From: Octopus vulgaris
Taxonomy: Eukaryota
DNA: 64,000 bases
Direction: 5' to 3'
Assembly (NCBI GenBank): GCA_951406725.2
Contig: OX597815.1
Location: forward strand, 147,188,001-147,252,000
Of this stretch, positions 41,030 through 53,950 are shown piece after piece (position 1 is the first letter of the stretch; every line of letters begins with the position of its first letter). The translations under genes were made by a program, and so were the position numbers. The notes below the pieces were generated by a model. That model did not search any database, had not been told where the DNA came from, and saw only the letters and a program-made list of their open reading frames with translations.

Positions 41030-41400
41030 CATTTTCTACTCTAGGCACAAGGCAGGAAATTTGTGGGGAGGGGGCCAGTCGATTAGATCGATCCCAGTAC
41101 GCAACTGCTACTTAATTTATCGACCCCGAAAAGGCTGAAGGGCAAAGTCGACATCGGCGGGATTTGAACTCAAAACAAAAAGACACGAAATACCTATTTC
41201 ATTATTACCCACAAGGGGCTAAACACAGAGGGGACAAACAAGGACAGACATTGGTATAAGTCGATTACATCGACCCCAGTGTGTAACTGGTACTTAATTT
41301 ATCGACCCCAAAAGGATGATCTCACAACGTAACGACAAACGAAATACCGCTAAGCATTTCGCCCAACGTGCAAACGTTTCTGCTAGCTCGCCGCCTTGTG
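41030..41400 (-). mobile_element. SINE family A with internal duplication or nested copy
   Basis: GTCGATTA.ATCGA.CCCAGT..TACTTAATTTATCGACCCC occurs twice; head GCTCGCCGCCTT at ~41397. Confidence 0.8.
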
Positions 41401-42389
41401 TATATATTATGTACATAAGTATACGTACATTCATATAGAAATATCTATATATATTCATATCATACATACGTATATGCATAAAGAAATACATGCATGCAGA
41501 CAGACACAAACGCACCCACACACATACACATACACACAAGCATATATAATATGAAAAACATAAACCCTCTGTCAAACATACACAAGATAAACAATGTTCG
41601 TATCACTCATCGGTTCTGATATATCATTTCTAGCAATTTATTCTGCTACAAACTGAATATATATTGCATCTCAGCATATCCAACAGTATGTTATTACACA
41701 TCTTTATCGGATATTTTATGCATCTATATTGCCCTTCAATACACCGAAGAGAGGATAATCACACTTCATTTTGTACGTTCTGCATGTACGGAAACTAGAA
41801 ATTAGAACAATATATATCTTAAAATTGTTTTTGTTCTTGTGAATTTATTGCACAACATCACGAAAAATTAATGAGGTAACAACACGAATATGTATCAAAG
41901 AAAATATTTCAAACAGAAAACATACATAAAAATTGTGACAGAAACGTGTGTGTGTGTGTGTGTGTGTGTGTAAACGAAAACTTGTGAACAATTAGAGTTG
42001 TTCGGATGGAAATTTTGTGATTACAGAGTATTTTAAGCGGAGTGTGAAAAATTCCTACTTCTAGATCATTACTTGCGTCTTTCATGTTATTTAATCTTTT
42101 TTTCTGTGAATGCATTTCTATCACTTAATCCCACAATCAACTGCAAGCTTTCTCTCTCTTCCCGTCCTCCTTCTTCATTTTTGTTCTCTGTCTTTTTGTG
42201 TATATCTGTGGAAATATGTGCATGTCCATATATATTCACACATTCATACACGTACACGCACTTAAATACATATGTGTATATATATATATATTTATATGTT
42301 TGTATGTATATATATATATTTGTATGTATGTGTATATATATATATATATGTATCTCTCTCTCTCTATCTATCATCTATCTATATATCTA

Positions 42390-42449
<60 letters not shown>

Positions 42450-43539
42450 AATAAAGAGATAGAGTGGAGTATAAATTATAATGTGCAGGTGAAACGACAA
42501 TCTGTATGCGTTTGTTTCTCATTGTCGCGTGTTTATGTAATATATTGATATCGAAGAATGTAAAACGCTTGTTTTATGAATTTACTTATATTTACTTTTA
42601 CATACAATTTACCAAGCCTGTCAATATCTAAGTACTGCATTAGCTAAAGAAATAGAATTATATATAAGACCAAACATCTATCAAACTTCACTATGATGGA
42701 ATAGACGCTAACAAAATAATAAGTCATATAATGGTAACGCACTTGCCTGATTGTATGTTTGATTGTGTACAGCTGTGTGTGTGTCTGTGCATTTCATCGA
42801 GTCTGTATTTGTTTCTGGTTATATCGATATAGTATACCTGTAAGTTTGACTGTGTGTGCACATGTGTGTGCCTTTGTGCATTTCATAGAGTCAGTATGTT
42901 TGTCTAGTTATATGTATATTGTGTACCTGCATGTCTGTCTTCATATATATTAATATCACGTCTCCAGAAACATCTGAAAACCATATTTTACCATTCGAAG
43001 CTATTATTATGTACAGCTTTTTGAAATGAACAGAAACTGCACGCCGTTTGGCATAAGATTTATCACCGATAACTGTTAAGGAAAATTGCTCGACAAACAG
43101 GGCAATATATAGTAACTACATCAAACAAACTGCAAGGAAACTTATGTGAAGAAAAGAAAACAAATAAATTCTTTATAGTAATATCGTGCAATGTCCTTTA
43201 AGAGTGTTTATTTCAACCCAAATGTAAACGATCAAAGGTAGATAATTGTGTGTGTAAAGTGCAAAGTAAATAAAGAAATCTGTTTTCATTCAATATCCCC
43301 GTCATGGTATGTCTTAAGTTCTAATTCGACTTTTCAAAATTAAAATAAAGTCATTCCAAACATGTCTTAGTTAGAGACATATAGATCTTGGTGCAATACT
43401 TAACAAAATGTTCTGTTCTTCTTTAACCTTCTTCTCCAAGTGGACCATTAAAACGGCAGCATCTCACAGAGATGGAAAATTTCTTTCAACCTTAAATTCA
43501 TTATCACCCACCATAAATGGTTTGACGTTAGTGTCACTA

Positions 43540-43700
43540 AGCAACCGCCAATGTCCAGTTAAAGGATGATGATCTTCACGTTAGGCTTCATTAATTGTTA
43601 AATCCACCCACATACGTCAACTTTATATTTCCATCCTGCTTGGATACTGAAGCTGTGTATTGAGAATTATTCATCATTCAGTGAAAATCGCTATCAAGCT
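43540..43700 (-). mobile_element. Possible Gypsy-type RT remnant
   Basis: VSKQDGNIK...DLTINEA*REDHHPL resembles the Gypsy RT V.K.DG..R.C.D...N....D.HPLP motif. Confidence 0.3.
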
Positions 43701-45829
43701 AAAACAGCAATAATGAGTTAGAATTTATAAGATTCATCTGCAACAATCTTAAAATGAAGCAGAGGCACATGTCACGGATGTACCATATCAGTGGAAGTGT
43801 CGTAAACTTTGACATAAAAATACCATAAATGTAGGTGTAACTTCCTAGAAACTGATTTTCACTGCCCTCCTATAAGACCAAGTCGTGTAACCACTACTTC
43901 CATTTCCCCTCTTACTTCAGGTGTTGCATAAAAGAAACGACTGATACATATTGGGTTACGCTACTAATGTTTTGATGCTGCTGTTACTATCGTTGCACTT
44001 GTAGAGAAGTAATCAGTGAGTGAATATCATATTTGTTGTTGTTTTGCCATACCTATTTATGCTTAATAGAAGATAGCCTTTTTTCCAGCCGTCTCCTTCA
44101 AGGTAGATACAATGTACGAATTGTTTTCTTTAAAACAACAGCCTGTGTATTTGACCGCAACTTTTACGGTTATTATTTTACCCTGTCTTCTGGGTACAGA
44201 GTAAGTAAATGACTTTAATTGCCATCGATATATGACATGTGATTTTGCACGACAACCATAGCCCAATCCCATGAAAGCAAAAATCTTGCCAAACCGGTCA
44301 CCTGTTTCTATAAAAATAAACTAAAGCCACATAATTACAACATCGGAGTTTAACACGGATCCCGTAAAGTATCAGTGACTGTGGTTAGAGCACTCCCTGC
44401 TGAAGGGGACGCTACAGGTGGGTGAACATGAAATGAATCGTTTTGTTTCAGAACACAAAGCGTTTCTCTGTTTGCGAATCGATATTACGATCGTGAGTGC
44501 AATCATATAGTCACTTGGCCACATGCGTTCGTTCACTCGCCCATATTGCGTTATAAAAATGATCAACAACCATCGGTCAATGTTGTCAGCCATAACCTTG
44601 AAGGTAAATCTCGTATTCCTTCGCTAAAAATATTGCTGTATCCCTTCTGCCCAGGAATATCTCCACAAATTTTACAACCTAGAATTAAAGCATTGTGCAG
44701 TATATAATCTCTCCTTCGTATTCAAAGATTTTAGAGCTTTATTCGGGAACACTCAAAGACCTTGATATATTCACAACAGCATGTACACTGCCTATATAAT
44801 TTCTCGTATCTGAACTAAGAATTGAGCCAGACAAATGCGCAGTTTTTGCGGAGCAGTTGCTCAATCATTAAAATATTCCGTATTGACTATTCCTTTGCAA
44901 AAGGCAGGCTTACACTTGCAAAAAGCAGACTCTGTACAGCAAATGAAACCCATGACTTTGTATGCGCATATAAGTATGTGCAGATGTTATTGTACATGTT
45001 CTCAGTGTTGTTATTTTCTGTAATGTTACTATTTTCGTCATTGTTTCTACGCGTTCGTTGGCAATCTATGGTACGTGTGTATTCGTATTTTGCTATTTTG
45101 CTGTTTGTTGTAGTTACAGTTTTCCGTATATTTCAAAATATTCTGGATAATTTTAATGTTACTTCATAAAGATTCGTTCATTTTTTCCCTCTTTGCTCGA
45201 TTTGAATATTCTAAGCTCTTCTTTTTCTTGTCGTCTTATGAATATAAATGTATTCTACATATGATTCCTTGGAGGAATATTTGTCCATTTTCTTACGACT
45301 AGATATGCTTACAAAATTGACAAGACGAATGGATAAAGAAAATTTCACACAACTAGTGACTTTGATGTCTGCCGCAAAATGTGTCAGACCCAATATTGTT
45401 GTACAGTTATTTGTTTGTGAAATAATCCATACTTTGAAAGTAAAGTAAAAAACTTTTTTCAGTAGCACCTGGCAAAAATCCAAACTTCCATCGCAATCGA
45501 CGCATGGTATGACACAGCAAGTAGTAGTATCTCTAAACGCAGTGACAGCGGCAAGAGCAGTAGGGGTAATAGCAGTAGTAACATTAATAAATACAGGCAA
45601 CGACGATGACGACAAAACAGTAACAATAGAAACAATAATAATGTTTTCAAATCTTGCCACAAGGGCAGCAATTGCATCGACCCAAGTGCTGAACTACTAC
45701 TTATTTTATCGACCCCACAAGGGTGACACGCTAAGTTGATCTCGGCGGTATTTCAACTCAGAACGCAAAGACAGACGAAATGCCGCTAAGCATTTTATTA
45801 GATGTGATAAAGATACTTTAATATCGTTG

Positions 45830-45861
45830 CCTTATTATTATCATCATCATTATTATTATTA

Positions 45862-45914
<53 letters not shown>

Positions 45915-45936
45915 GATAATAATAATGATACTAATG

Positions 45937-46030
<94 letters not shown>
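45830..46030. repeat. (TTA)n tract abutting (TAA)n tract
   Basis: Direct reading; orientation switch near 45915. Confidence 0.9.
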
Positions 46031-46032
<2 letters not shown>

Positions 46033-46390
46033 GGCGCCACTGCATAGTGCCAAGGACTCCAAATTTGCCATCACGATGTAGGACAAGATACTGTGATAGC
46101 CTGGGCTTCCGAGGCCCACAGCTCTTCAATATCCTCCCGAAGAACCTAAGAGACCTGCATGGGGTGGATGCAGATGTCTTTAAAATGAAACTGGATCTCT
46201 TCGTCAGGATCCCAGATGAACCAACTTCACGGCAGGAGGTGCAGATGAGGGCAGCTGCATCGAACTCTCTCATGCACCAAATGGCAAATGCTAAAAAGCA
46301 TTCGTGAAGTAAAATCATATAGCAACACCAAATGGCGGTGCCCCAGCATGGCCACAGCTAGTGAGCTGAAACTAGATAAATAAATAAAAA
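46031..46390 (+). mobile_element. CR1/L2/Jockey-group LINE 3' end
   Basis: SLGFRGPQLFNILPKNLRDL..DVFKMKLD..IPDEP...AASNSL; 3' UTR with stem-loop and (TAAA)n tail. Confidence 0.8.
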
Positions 46391-46399
46391 AATAATAAA

Positions 46400-46605
46400 T
46401 AGGTTCAAATTTTATAACAAATGTAGCAATTGCGTTGTAGAGGATGAGTTGATTACATCAACCCAAGTGTTCAACTGGTACTTATTTTGTCGACCTTGTA
46501 AGTAGGAAAGGGGAAGTCGACCTCGGCGGAATTTGAACTCAGAACGTAAAGACATTTTGCCCGTTAAGCATTTTGCCCGGCATACTAGCGATTCTATCAG
46601 CTGAC
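46400..46605 (-). mobile_element. SINE family A copy
   Basis: AAGTCGACCTCGGCGGAATTTGAACTCAGAACGTAAAGAC. Confidence 0.8.
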
Positions 46606-46616
46606 TTTATTATTAT

Positions 46617-47120
46617 TGAGTGAGAGCGCAGTGCATACCCATCAAAGTGACACTGCAGTAAAAAATACGAAGCTGAGTATACCCTTCATGATTACACGTT
46701 TAATAAGGTTATACCAGGCACATGCATCACAACCATATATGAGCCACATATCATGATAAACAGTGCATGACCTTGCAGGTGGGACCTATTTAGAATTTGT
46801 TCTTCCGGTCGAGTAACCCATCTCAATCAAAAGGTCCGTGAATATGGGATGTTTAAGGATGTTGAACGAAAGACACACGTTAAAGGTGAATTATCCAAAC
46901 CCAAAAATATTCCTGGCTAAGTGCTTCCCGACTACTTCTGCTCGTGATCAGGGATGCACATATCGACAGCCACTAAGAGACATGTTCTACTGGTTACGGT
47001 CAAACAATTGACAAGCAAATCTGTGGCATTAATCTGTTGCCCATCTTTTGTACCAAGACAAAACAATGTACATGATACTACTTCTCATACTGTAATATCT
47101 CTTATTCTTCCCAGGACACT
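46617..47120 (-). mobile_element. Family C element, diverged copy
   Basis: Reverse complement of 4200-4722 (CATCAAAGTGACACTG, GACCTTGCAGGTGGG, CTACTTCTGCTCGTGATCAG); TTA flank at its end. Confidence 0.8.
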
Positions 47121-47169
47121 GGTGCGTCTCTTAGCAAGTGACTGTAACAGATATGCAGATTATAAGTAA

Positions 47170-47220
<51 letters not shown>

Positions 47221-48454
47221 CATAGAAAGCAGAAGTTACAAATAAGCTTTTAACAAGGGGTTTAAGAAGACTCATTGTGCATGAAGAAATAGAGAACCTT
47301 AAAGAGTAAAATGATGTTATACACAGTGTAATTAGACGAATGTAATTTATAATACAAAATTTGCACAAAAATAAATATAAATATATGATAAATAACGGTT
47401 ATCTCAGAGTATTACTTGCATGAAAACAAAAAAAAATGTTGTTTACCATATCATGTGTCCGGTTATATGTGCTTGGTTTGCCTGTTGGGATTTTTTTTCA
47501 TATTAGTTATGATAGTCTAAGCGATGCTAAATCAGAAAATTATTTCAGAGAGAACGATATTGCTGTATTTACGCGGTCATTCGATATGCCAGAAATAGAG
47601 ATATATTTTTAAAAGTAGCACAGAGTCTTTCTGAAATAGGTGTGACGCAACTGAGAAAGTATTAAATTTTTGGTTTGTTCTTTCAGGATCAATTCATGCC
47701 TATACAGCAAGATGATTGTAAAAGGAAATTGTTACAAGACTAACGAAAGTACAATCAGACGACATACAAAGCAAATCGATTTCAGCCTGAAAGAAAAATA
47801 AATATATAAATGAAAAATATAAAAGCATAGCTTGTTTGAATTAGATAAAGAAAAGTGAAAACACAGCGAAGATCATAATATTTAAAGTAGCTAATTAACG
47901 ATGACATTAATTAAAAAGTTCAGACTTTAATTTCTAAGATTCACAAAGAAAATATTAAAAGCAGAGTTGACCTCAAAATGAATCACATTCCACTATTACT
48001 TGAATTTTTTCTCTGAGATTATGAATTATTATGTCTAAGGATAACCTCACACTGATCTATAAGTAAATTTGGATATTACTGACTAAATAATTGCAGCTGA
48101 TACACATTTCAAAACGAATGCATGCAACGTATATTGAAAAACGTCTCGATGGAAACATCATCATAAACATCTAAATAAAGAAATAACTGCAAACTACAAA
48201 AGTATATATATAAAATCCACAAAATGTTGTAAGCATAGATCTCATAAGTAAAATAAACGAGAGGTATGCACCATATATAGGAAAACCAATGCGCGCGTGC
48301 ACACACACATTCGCACACATTCACACATGCACATTAACACACATGCACACATATTTCTTACATATTTCTACATGTACGTGTACACGTTCTTATATTCTTT
48401 TATGTTTCAGTCATTTGACTGCAGCCATACTGGAGAACCATATTAAATATATGC

Positions 48455-48491
<37 letters not shown>

Positions 48492-48839
48492 TATATGCAT
48501 ACATACGTATGTGTGGACGCATGTATAATATAATTATATACACACACATATAGTTATGTATGTGTCTTCATGCATATATATATATATAAACATACAAACA
48601 CACGGACACGAGTTTTACGCATATATACGTACTTGAGCTTGCCAGTGTGTGAGTTTTTCAGTGTGCGAATGCCTGTGTGTGCGTGTGCATTTGTATGTCT
48701 TTGTGTGTGCGTATATGAGTGTGTGTGAGTGTGTGTGTGTGCGCCCACATCTTGGATAAGCACGTAATATTGATCTAGAAACTCCGAACACAATTGAATA
48801 TTAGAATATTAGAAAAATGTAAGTAAAGAAAAATGAAAA

Positions 48840-49640
48840 GATGGAAATAAATATATATTGAATATGACGATAATCTAAATGTAGAAAATGGTAAAGAATT
48901 AAAATCGATTGAAGATCTTCCTATGGACTATCGAAACTTAGTATCAAAGATAAAAATTAATGAGAAAATATCAACTATAATAGCAATCAGAAACTACCCT
49001 AGATGTTGTAGAAACAGATGTGAGCATCAATAAAACCAGACATAAGAAATATCAACAAATATATTGTAGGAGCTGCTATTCTGTGAAAGCATATGTATTA
49101 TTTCTTTAAGACATATAATATAGGTTGATTTTAAGCCCAAGGATATGTTTGGAAATATATGATGCAGAGAAGGATGAAAACGCAATCTGTATATAATATC
49201 AAAACGTAAGTAAAACTAAATACAACAATGAAAAGGATTCAATCTAAATGAGAAATATCTAAACCAAAAAGAGTTTGAGCAAAGGCAAAGAATGTTGGTG
49301 AAGTTATATCAGGCGATAAACCTATGTTGTAGAAGCATCTTACGCTATGTAGTAAGCTTATACGTTATTCAAAGTGTCAAGAAGTATATATCACTGCAAT
49401 AGGATAATCGAGGTAAATACATGAACTGGTGCCGAGATTATGGACTATGACTGGGGCGTTATGAAACATCTTCGCATTGTATCTATTCACAGATTTTGGA
49501 TCCTGTTCTTGGGATATAAACGAACATCCACTTAATCATAAAATTCATGTCTTTGGAACCAAGGGCAAAACGTGTGCTGGCATATACCCAAATAGATGTA
49601 GGAAGTTGATCTGAATGAAATTGATAAAACCATGGAGGAC
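48840..49640 (+). mobile_element. Highly decayed RTE-like LINE 3' portion
   Basis: Scattered RT C-terminal fragments (NGKELKSIED.., LWNQG); many stops. Confidence 0.3.
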
Positions 49641-50911
49641 ATGGTGTTAATCCTTTCTATTTTCTACTTTATTAAGTCCTAATTGCATTTAAAAGAGTGC
49701 GATAGATATATAACATATGTCATGGTAAATTGGAGATGATTATACAGAGCCAAGTAAGAAACAGTATCATTTAACCGATCCTTATGAGGAAAGTATTATG
49801 TCAAATAGCATTTCATTTCGTATCCAGTTGTTCATTTTTTGGCGCTTTTTACCAGATATTCTTATCCAAATATAATGTAAGTAAGGATGTTCTGAAGTGA
49901 AACGATGTACCTCATGGATAGGTATTTCTTATCAAAACAGCATCAAATTGGTACGTATTACATATCTTGCAAATGATCTACACTTAACTAGTTATGAAGT
50001 ACTTTTTAATAAAATGCAAAATTTTTCTTGAAAATATGAAAGAAATAGGAACACGCAATATGAAGATAGATAAAGTAATCCATAGTACATAAAACCAAAG
50101 ACAGCTCAATATATATATATATGAACAAGAGATTAATCCAATATATAGCATTCTGATGAATGAAATATTTCGTATAAAATATTAAAGGTAATTTAAGTAC
50201 GTGTAAAGGTAACGTGAAGATATTCTACATAAACAAATGAAGTAGTATTGTTTAGTTCTCAGAAAAAAAATAAATCTCATGGTAATTATTTGCGATTCTC
50301 AAAGTAAAAGGGGAAGTTATCACCAAAAAAATTAAGTCCCTTGCTTAAGGGAATCATTTCGATAATTCTCGTAAAATGGTGATATCAAGCTAATCGCATC
50401 TGTTTATTTCATTTCATTATCGCAATTTAGTCAGATATATAGTAGATGATATTTGAACAATGCTGAATGCTACATCTAAAGAAATAATTAAAAACGCTTG
50501 GACGCATAATGTATAACATGTATTTTATTCTTTACATGGATGTAATTGAATTTGCGACACGTGGTACGAAAAGAAGGACAGTTCTTTAATCATTCGGTAT
50601 ACATTTTGCTCTCAACGGAAATAGCAGAGTTAGTCTATTTTGTATTTGATCCAAAATTTCAAATGCTGCCATGTTAGTAAACAAATCAAAATGTATTCTC
50701 TAATCACACACACGCACACCAAAAAAAATAGATGTGGCTGGAGCATAAATTTCATTTGGTTCAGGAAAAATAGCAGCTGGAAAATGGTAACACCTACACA
50801 TGAAATATAAAAATTTGGCATCGGTGTGGTTTGCTGTCAAAAGGCTAATTCCAAATGGATTGAATCACTTGATAGCGCAATTTGTAATACTGTATATACA
50901 CACACACACAC

Positions 50912-50979
<68 letters not shown>

Positions 50980-53383
50980 GCACACACACATATATATATG
51001 TATATGTGTGTTTTACATTTCAGTTATTACTTTTCCCAAACCATTATATATAGTATAAAATGTGTAAGATTTTTTTTAGTTGATACAATTAAATTTAAGT
51101 GAACCACCTAGATATCATATTATTATTTACCTTTTATAATGTTTGTAGGTAAAGTTACTTTTCGAAAATATAAATGGCAAATTTATTCATACTCTATAAT
51201 CTGTTTATAGTTTATGTTTGTGCGAGATAATAGAAATGAGATTAGATAAATAAGAGAAAGCGGAGCAGAAGGAAATCTTACCACTCCATTGTTTACACTG
51301 TTTTACATTCAGCGTCTTAGGCGTGGTTTTTTTTTTCTTCATACGTTATGTCAGGGTCATTTTTCTATTTCTATGCAGAATGTGAAAAACATTGGTTAAG
51401 AATTTTTGAAAATGTTTGAGGTCAAACAAACATCAACACACACAAATATAATGCAAATTGAGAATAATATCTATTAATGAGAAAATTAAAATGAAATAAA
51501 CTCTCAACAAATATGAACAAAATTACGAAAGCAAAAGAGAAAACATCTGTAGCCGCCAGGGAACTTGCCTGCAATGAACAAAATCAGTTCTACTGCGCGG
51601 ATCAACAAAACCTCGCCTTATCTTAAAATAGCAACAGCAATTTAAAAGAAGAAAAATACCCGTAAACGTTGCGATGCTTGACAAAAACAGATGCGAGTAC
51701 AGATAACACAAACATTAACCCTAAGCGTAATATCCACAGAAATGTGTTTAGACATTTATCAAATTTTGCATATAAGACGCATATTTTCTTGTAAAATGTG
51801 TCAAAAAATCGCCCCGGATCGCGCATGCATACATGAAACACTTTATCTACGAATATGCGCTGCTGAAATTTGGGTGCATATAAAGTTATCACGTACCTTT
51901 TATGCCATGAACACAGTACATATATCACTTAGGATTATCAAAACTAAGTAAATAATGCAGAAAACTGTCGTAAACAAAAACAAAAAATTAAGATATTCTC
52001 AATTTATTTAACCGGAGACATTGATGTTCTTTTCGAGTTACAGTTACCTTGCTGAATTTAGGTTTCAAACGTTTCTTAGGTTTCAAAATAAGGAATATTG
52101 ACTGATATGCCGAGTTTCTGCCATTAAAAAAGAATCACTAAAAGTACCTTTCATTTTTTTTCTCCAAATCATCGCTCCCATTGTTCAACTGGCAGAATTT
52201 GAACTAAGAACTTAAAGGGACAGAAGAAATGTCTGTAAGCACTTTCTCCGATGCGTTAATAATTCTTCAAATTCTCTTGAAAGACTTCTCATTTCGACAA
52301 AAGGCCAGCAATATTGGGTGGATAGATCAGTCGATGTCATAAACCACAGCATTTGAGAGATAGTCAGCTTTATCGATCCCAGACGGATGAAAGACAAAAA
52401 TTAACCTCCGGGCGGAATTGAACGATTTAAGATCGTAATGGGTCGTAAGAAATTCTTCAAACCATTTGGTTTGACTCGCTAACTAGTATGCCAGATAATC
52501 TCCTTCATTTTGACCTGAGCGGCTTTTGAAACCCAACCTTTAACAGCGGCATTTCACACTGCAATAGATTTTTCTCACCCTCAAAGATTTCTGCTAGTTA
52601 GCCGCCTTAAAATAACGATAACCCATGTATCGGATAGTAATAGGAAGCTACTCCCATTCTCAAAAGTATAATGAACATCTTCTATTTAGGTCGACATAAA
52701 AGATACAGAATTTTGTTGCGCGTAGAGTACATTGTTGGACAGTATGTTCCTCGTGTGCATAGACATTAATTTCATTCATCTATCCAAGTGCACCTCAGAA
52801 AAGGAAAAATGCTCAAGTACTGACAACGCTGTTGATAAATAATTCATGGGGATATTAACAAACTTTGTGGATCTAAACTGAGCAATATAATTGCATGAAG
52901 ACAAATCAGAATATATCCAGACGGGATGATAATCATATGTCATTACGGACATTTTTTAACGGAGGGATGTCATATATTATCATGAATGTAAGAAGAAAAG
53001 TGAAAGAAGAAGCTCGACCAGATTTAGATAAAGAATAGCATCCGACAACAGCTCTATCTGCAATTTAGGATCGGTATTCACCTCCTACTCATTCGATAAA
53101 GAAGATAATTGTATATATGCCCTCGGCAACATAATATAGATGCACAAATGTCATTAGTTCGTACTTGTTACTTAAATCATATTTCTTAAACCTTTCAAGC
53201 GTAGTTTTACTTACAGCCTGCTGTCTACTTCATAACTTCAAATTTCTATTATATCTCACCATCTAAATTATTTACTTTTTCAGTCTAGGGCTATATATGG
53301 CTGAAATTCATAGACAAAACGAAAACAGATGTCGGGAGAACAAGCAAGTATATTAGATTGACACTCAGGAAAAATGTAAATGA

Positions 53384-53419
53384 CTTTTACGTTCCGACCT
53401 TACGCTCTTCGACAGAAAG
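53384..53419 (-). ncRNA. Degenerate minimal hammerhead (A6U family)
   Basis: CTTT-CTGTCGA-A-GAGC-GTAA-GGTC-GGAA-CG-T-A-AAAG; paralog of 59105-59142. Confidence 0.55.
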
Positions 53420-53639
53420 GAATGAGGAAATAAATAAAGAAAGAATGGGAAAAAACGTGTTGAGTTCAGTGCATACATCTACAGTTGAACTAAGCATCAC
53501 ATGCTTTGCCCCTTCAGAAACTCACATGTTTTGCAAGCTATTCTAAATCGATTGCAATGCAGGAAACACTTCCGTATCAACAGCGGCTATATGAAGGTTA
53601 CACGCATTTCTTTTCTTATCCTGTGTAATTCATCTGAGT

Positions 53640-53950
53640 GGGGCAGCAAGGGCTGAGCTAAACTTCACCAATGGCAGCGTTCCATTTGCGGTATTTTTTC
53701 AACTAGTTGCAGCTGCCCTGTCTGTTTCCTTCATGGCTCTCTTCAGTTGTCTTGGTACCAGTCCTAACGTCTGAAAGAAATAGCCTTCTGATTTTGATGG
53801 GAAGTAGTGGCAGTCGGCTTCTATCGGAAATGAGGCCGCATGCTAGCCTTTGACTAGGGCGTCCTCGACTAAGTCCTGGTATTTAGATGTCTTTACCTGG
53901 TGGAAAATATCGGGTCTGTCCTCCCAGTAGGTAATTGCAATAGAGATCCT
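53640..53950 (-). mobile_element. RLE-type (R2/Hero/NeSL-like) non-LTR C-terminal remnant
   Basis: ITYWEDRPDIFHQVKTSKYQDLVED..G*HAASFPIEADCHYF...LG...KRAMKE. Confidence 0.7.

Noticed and set aside
44372-44593. 73-aa ORF in GC-balanced unique DNA
   Set aside because: No domain or splice evidence; could be regulatory DNA but untestable here.
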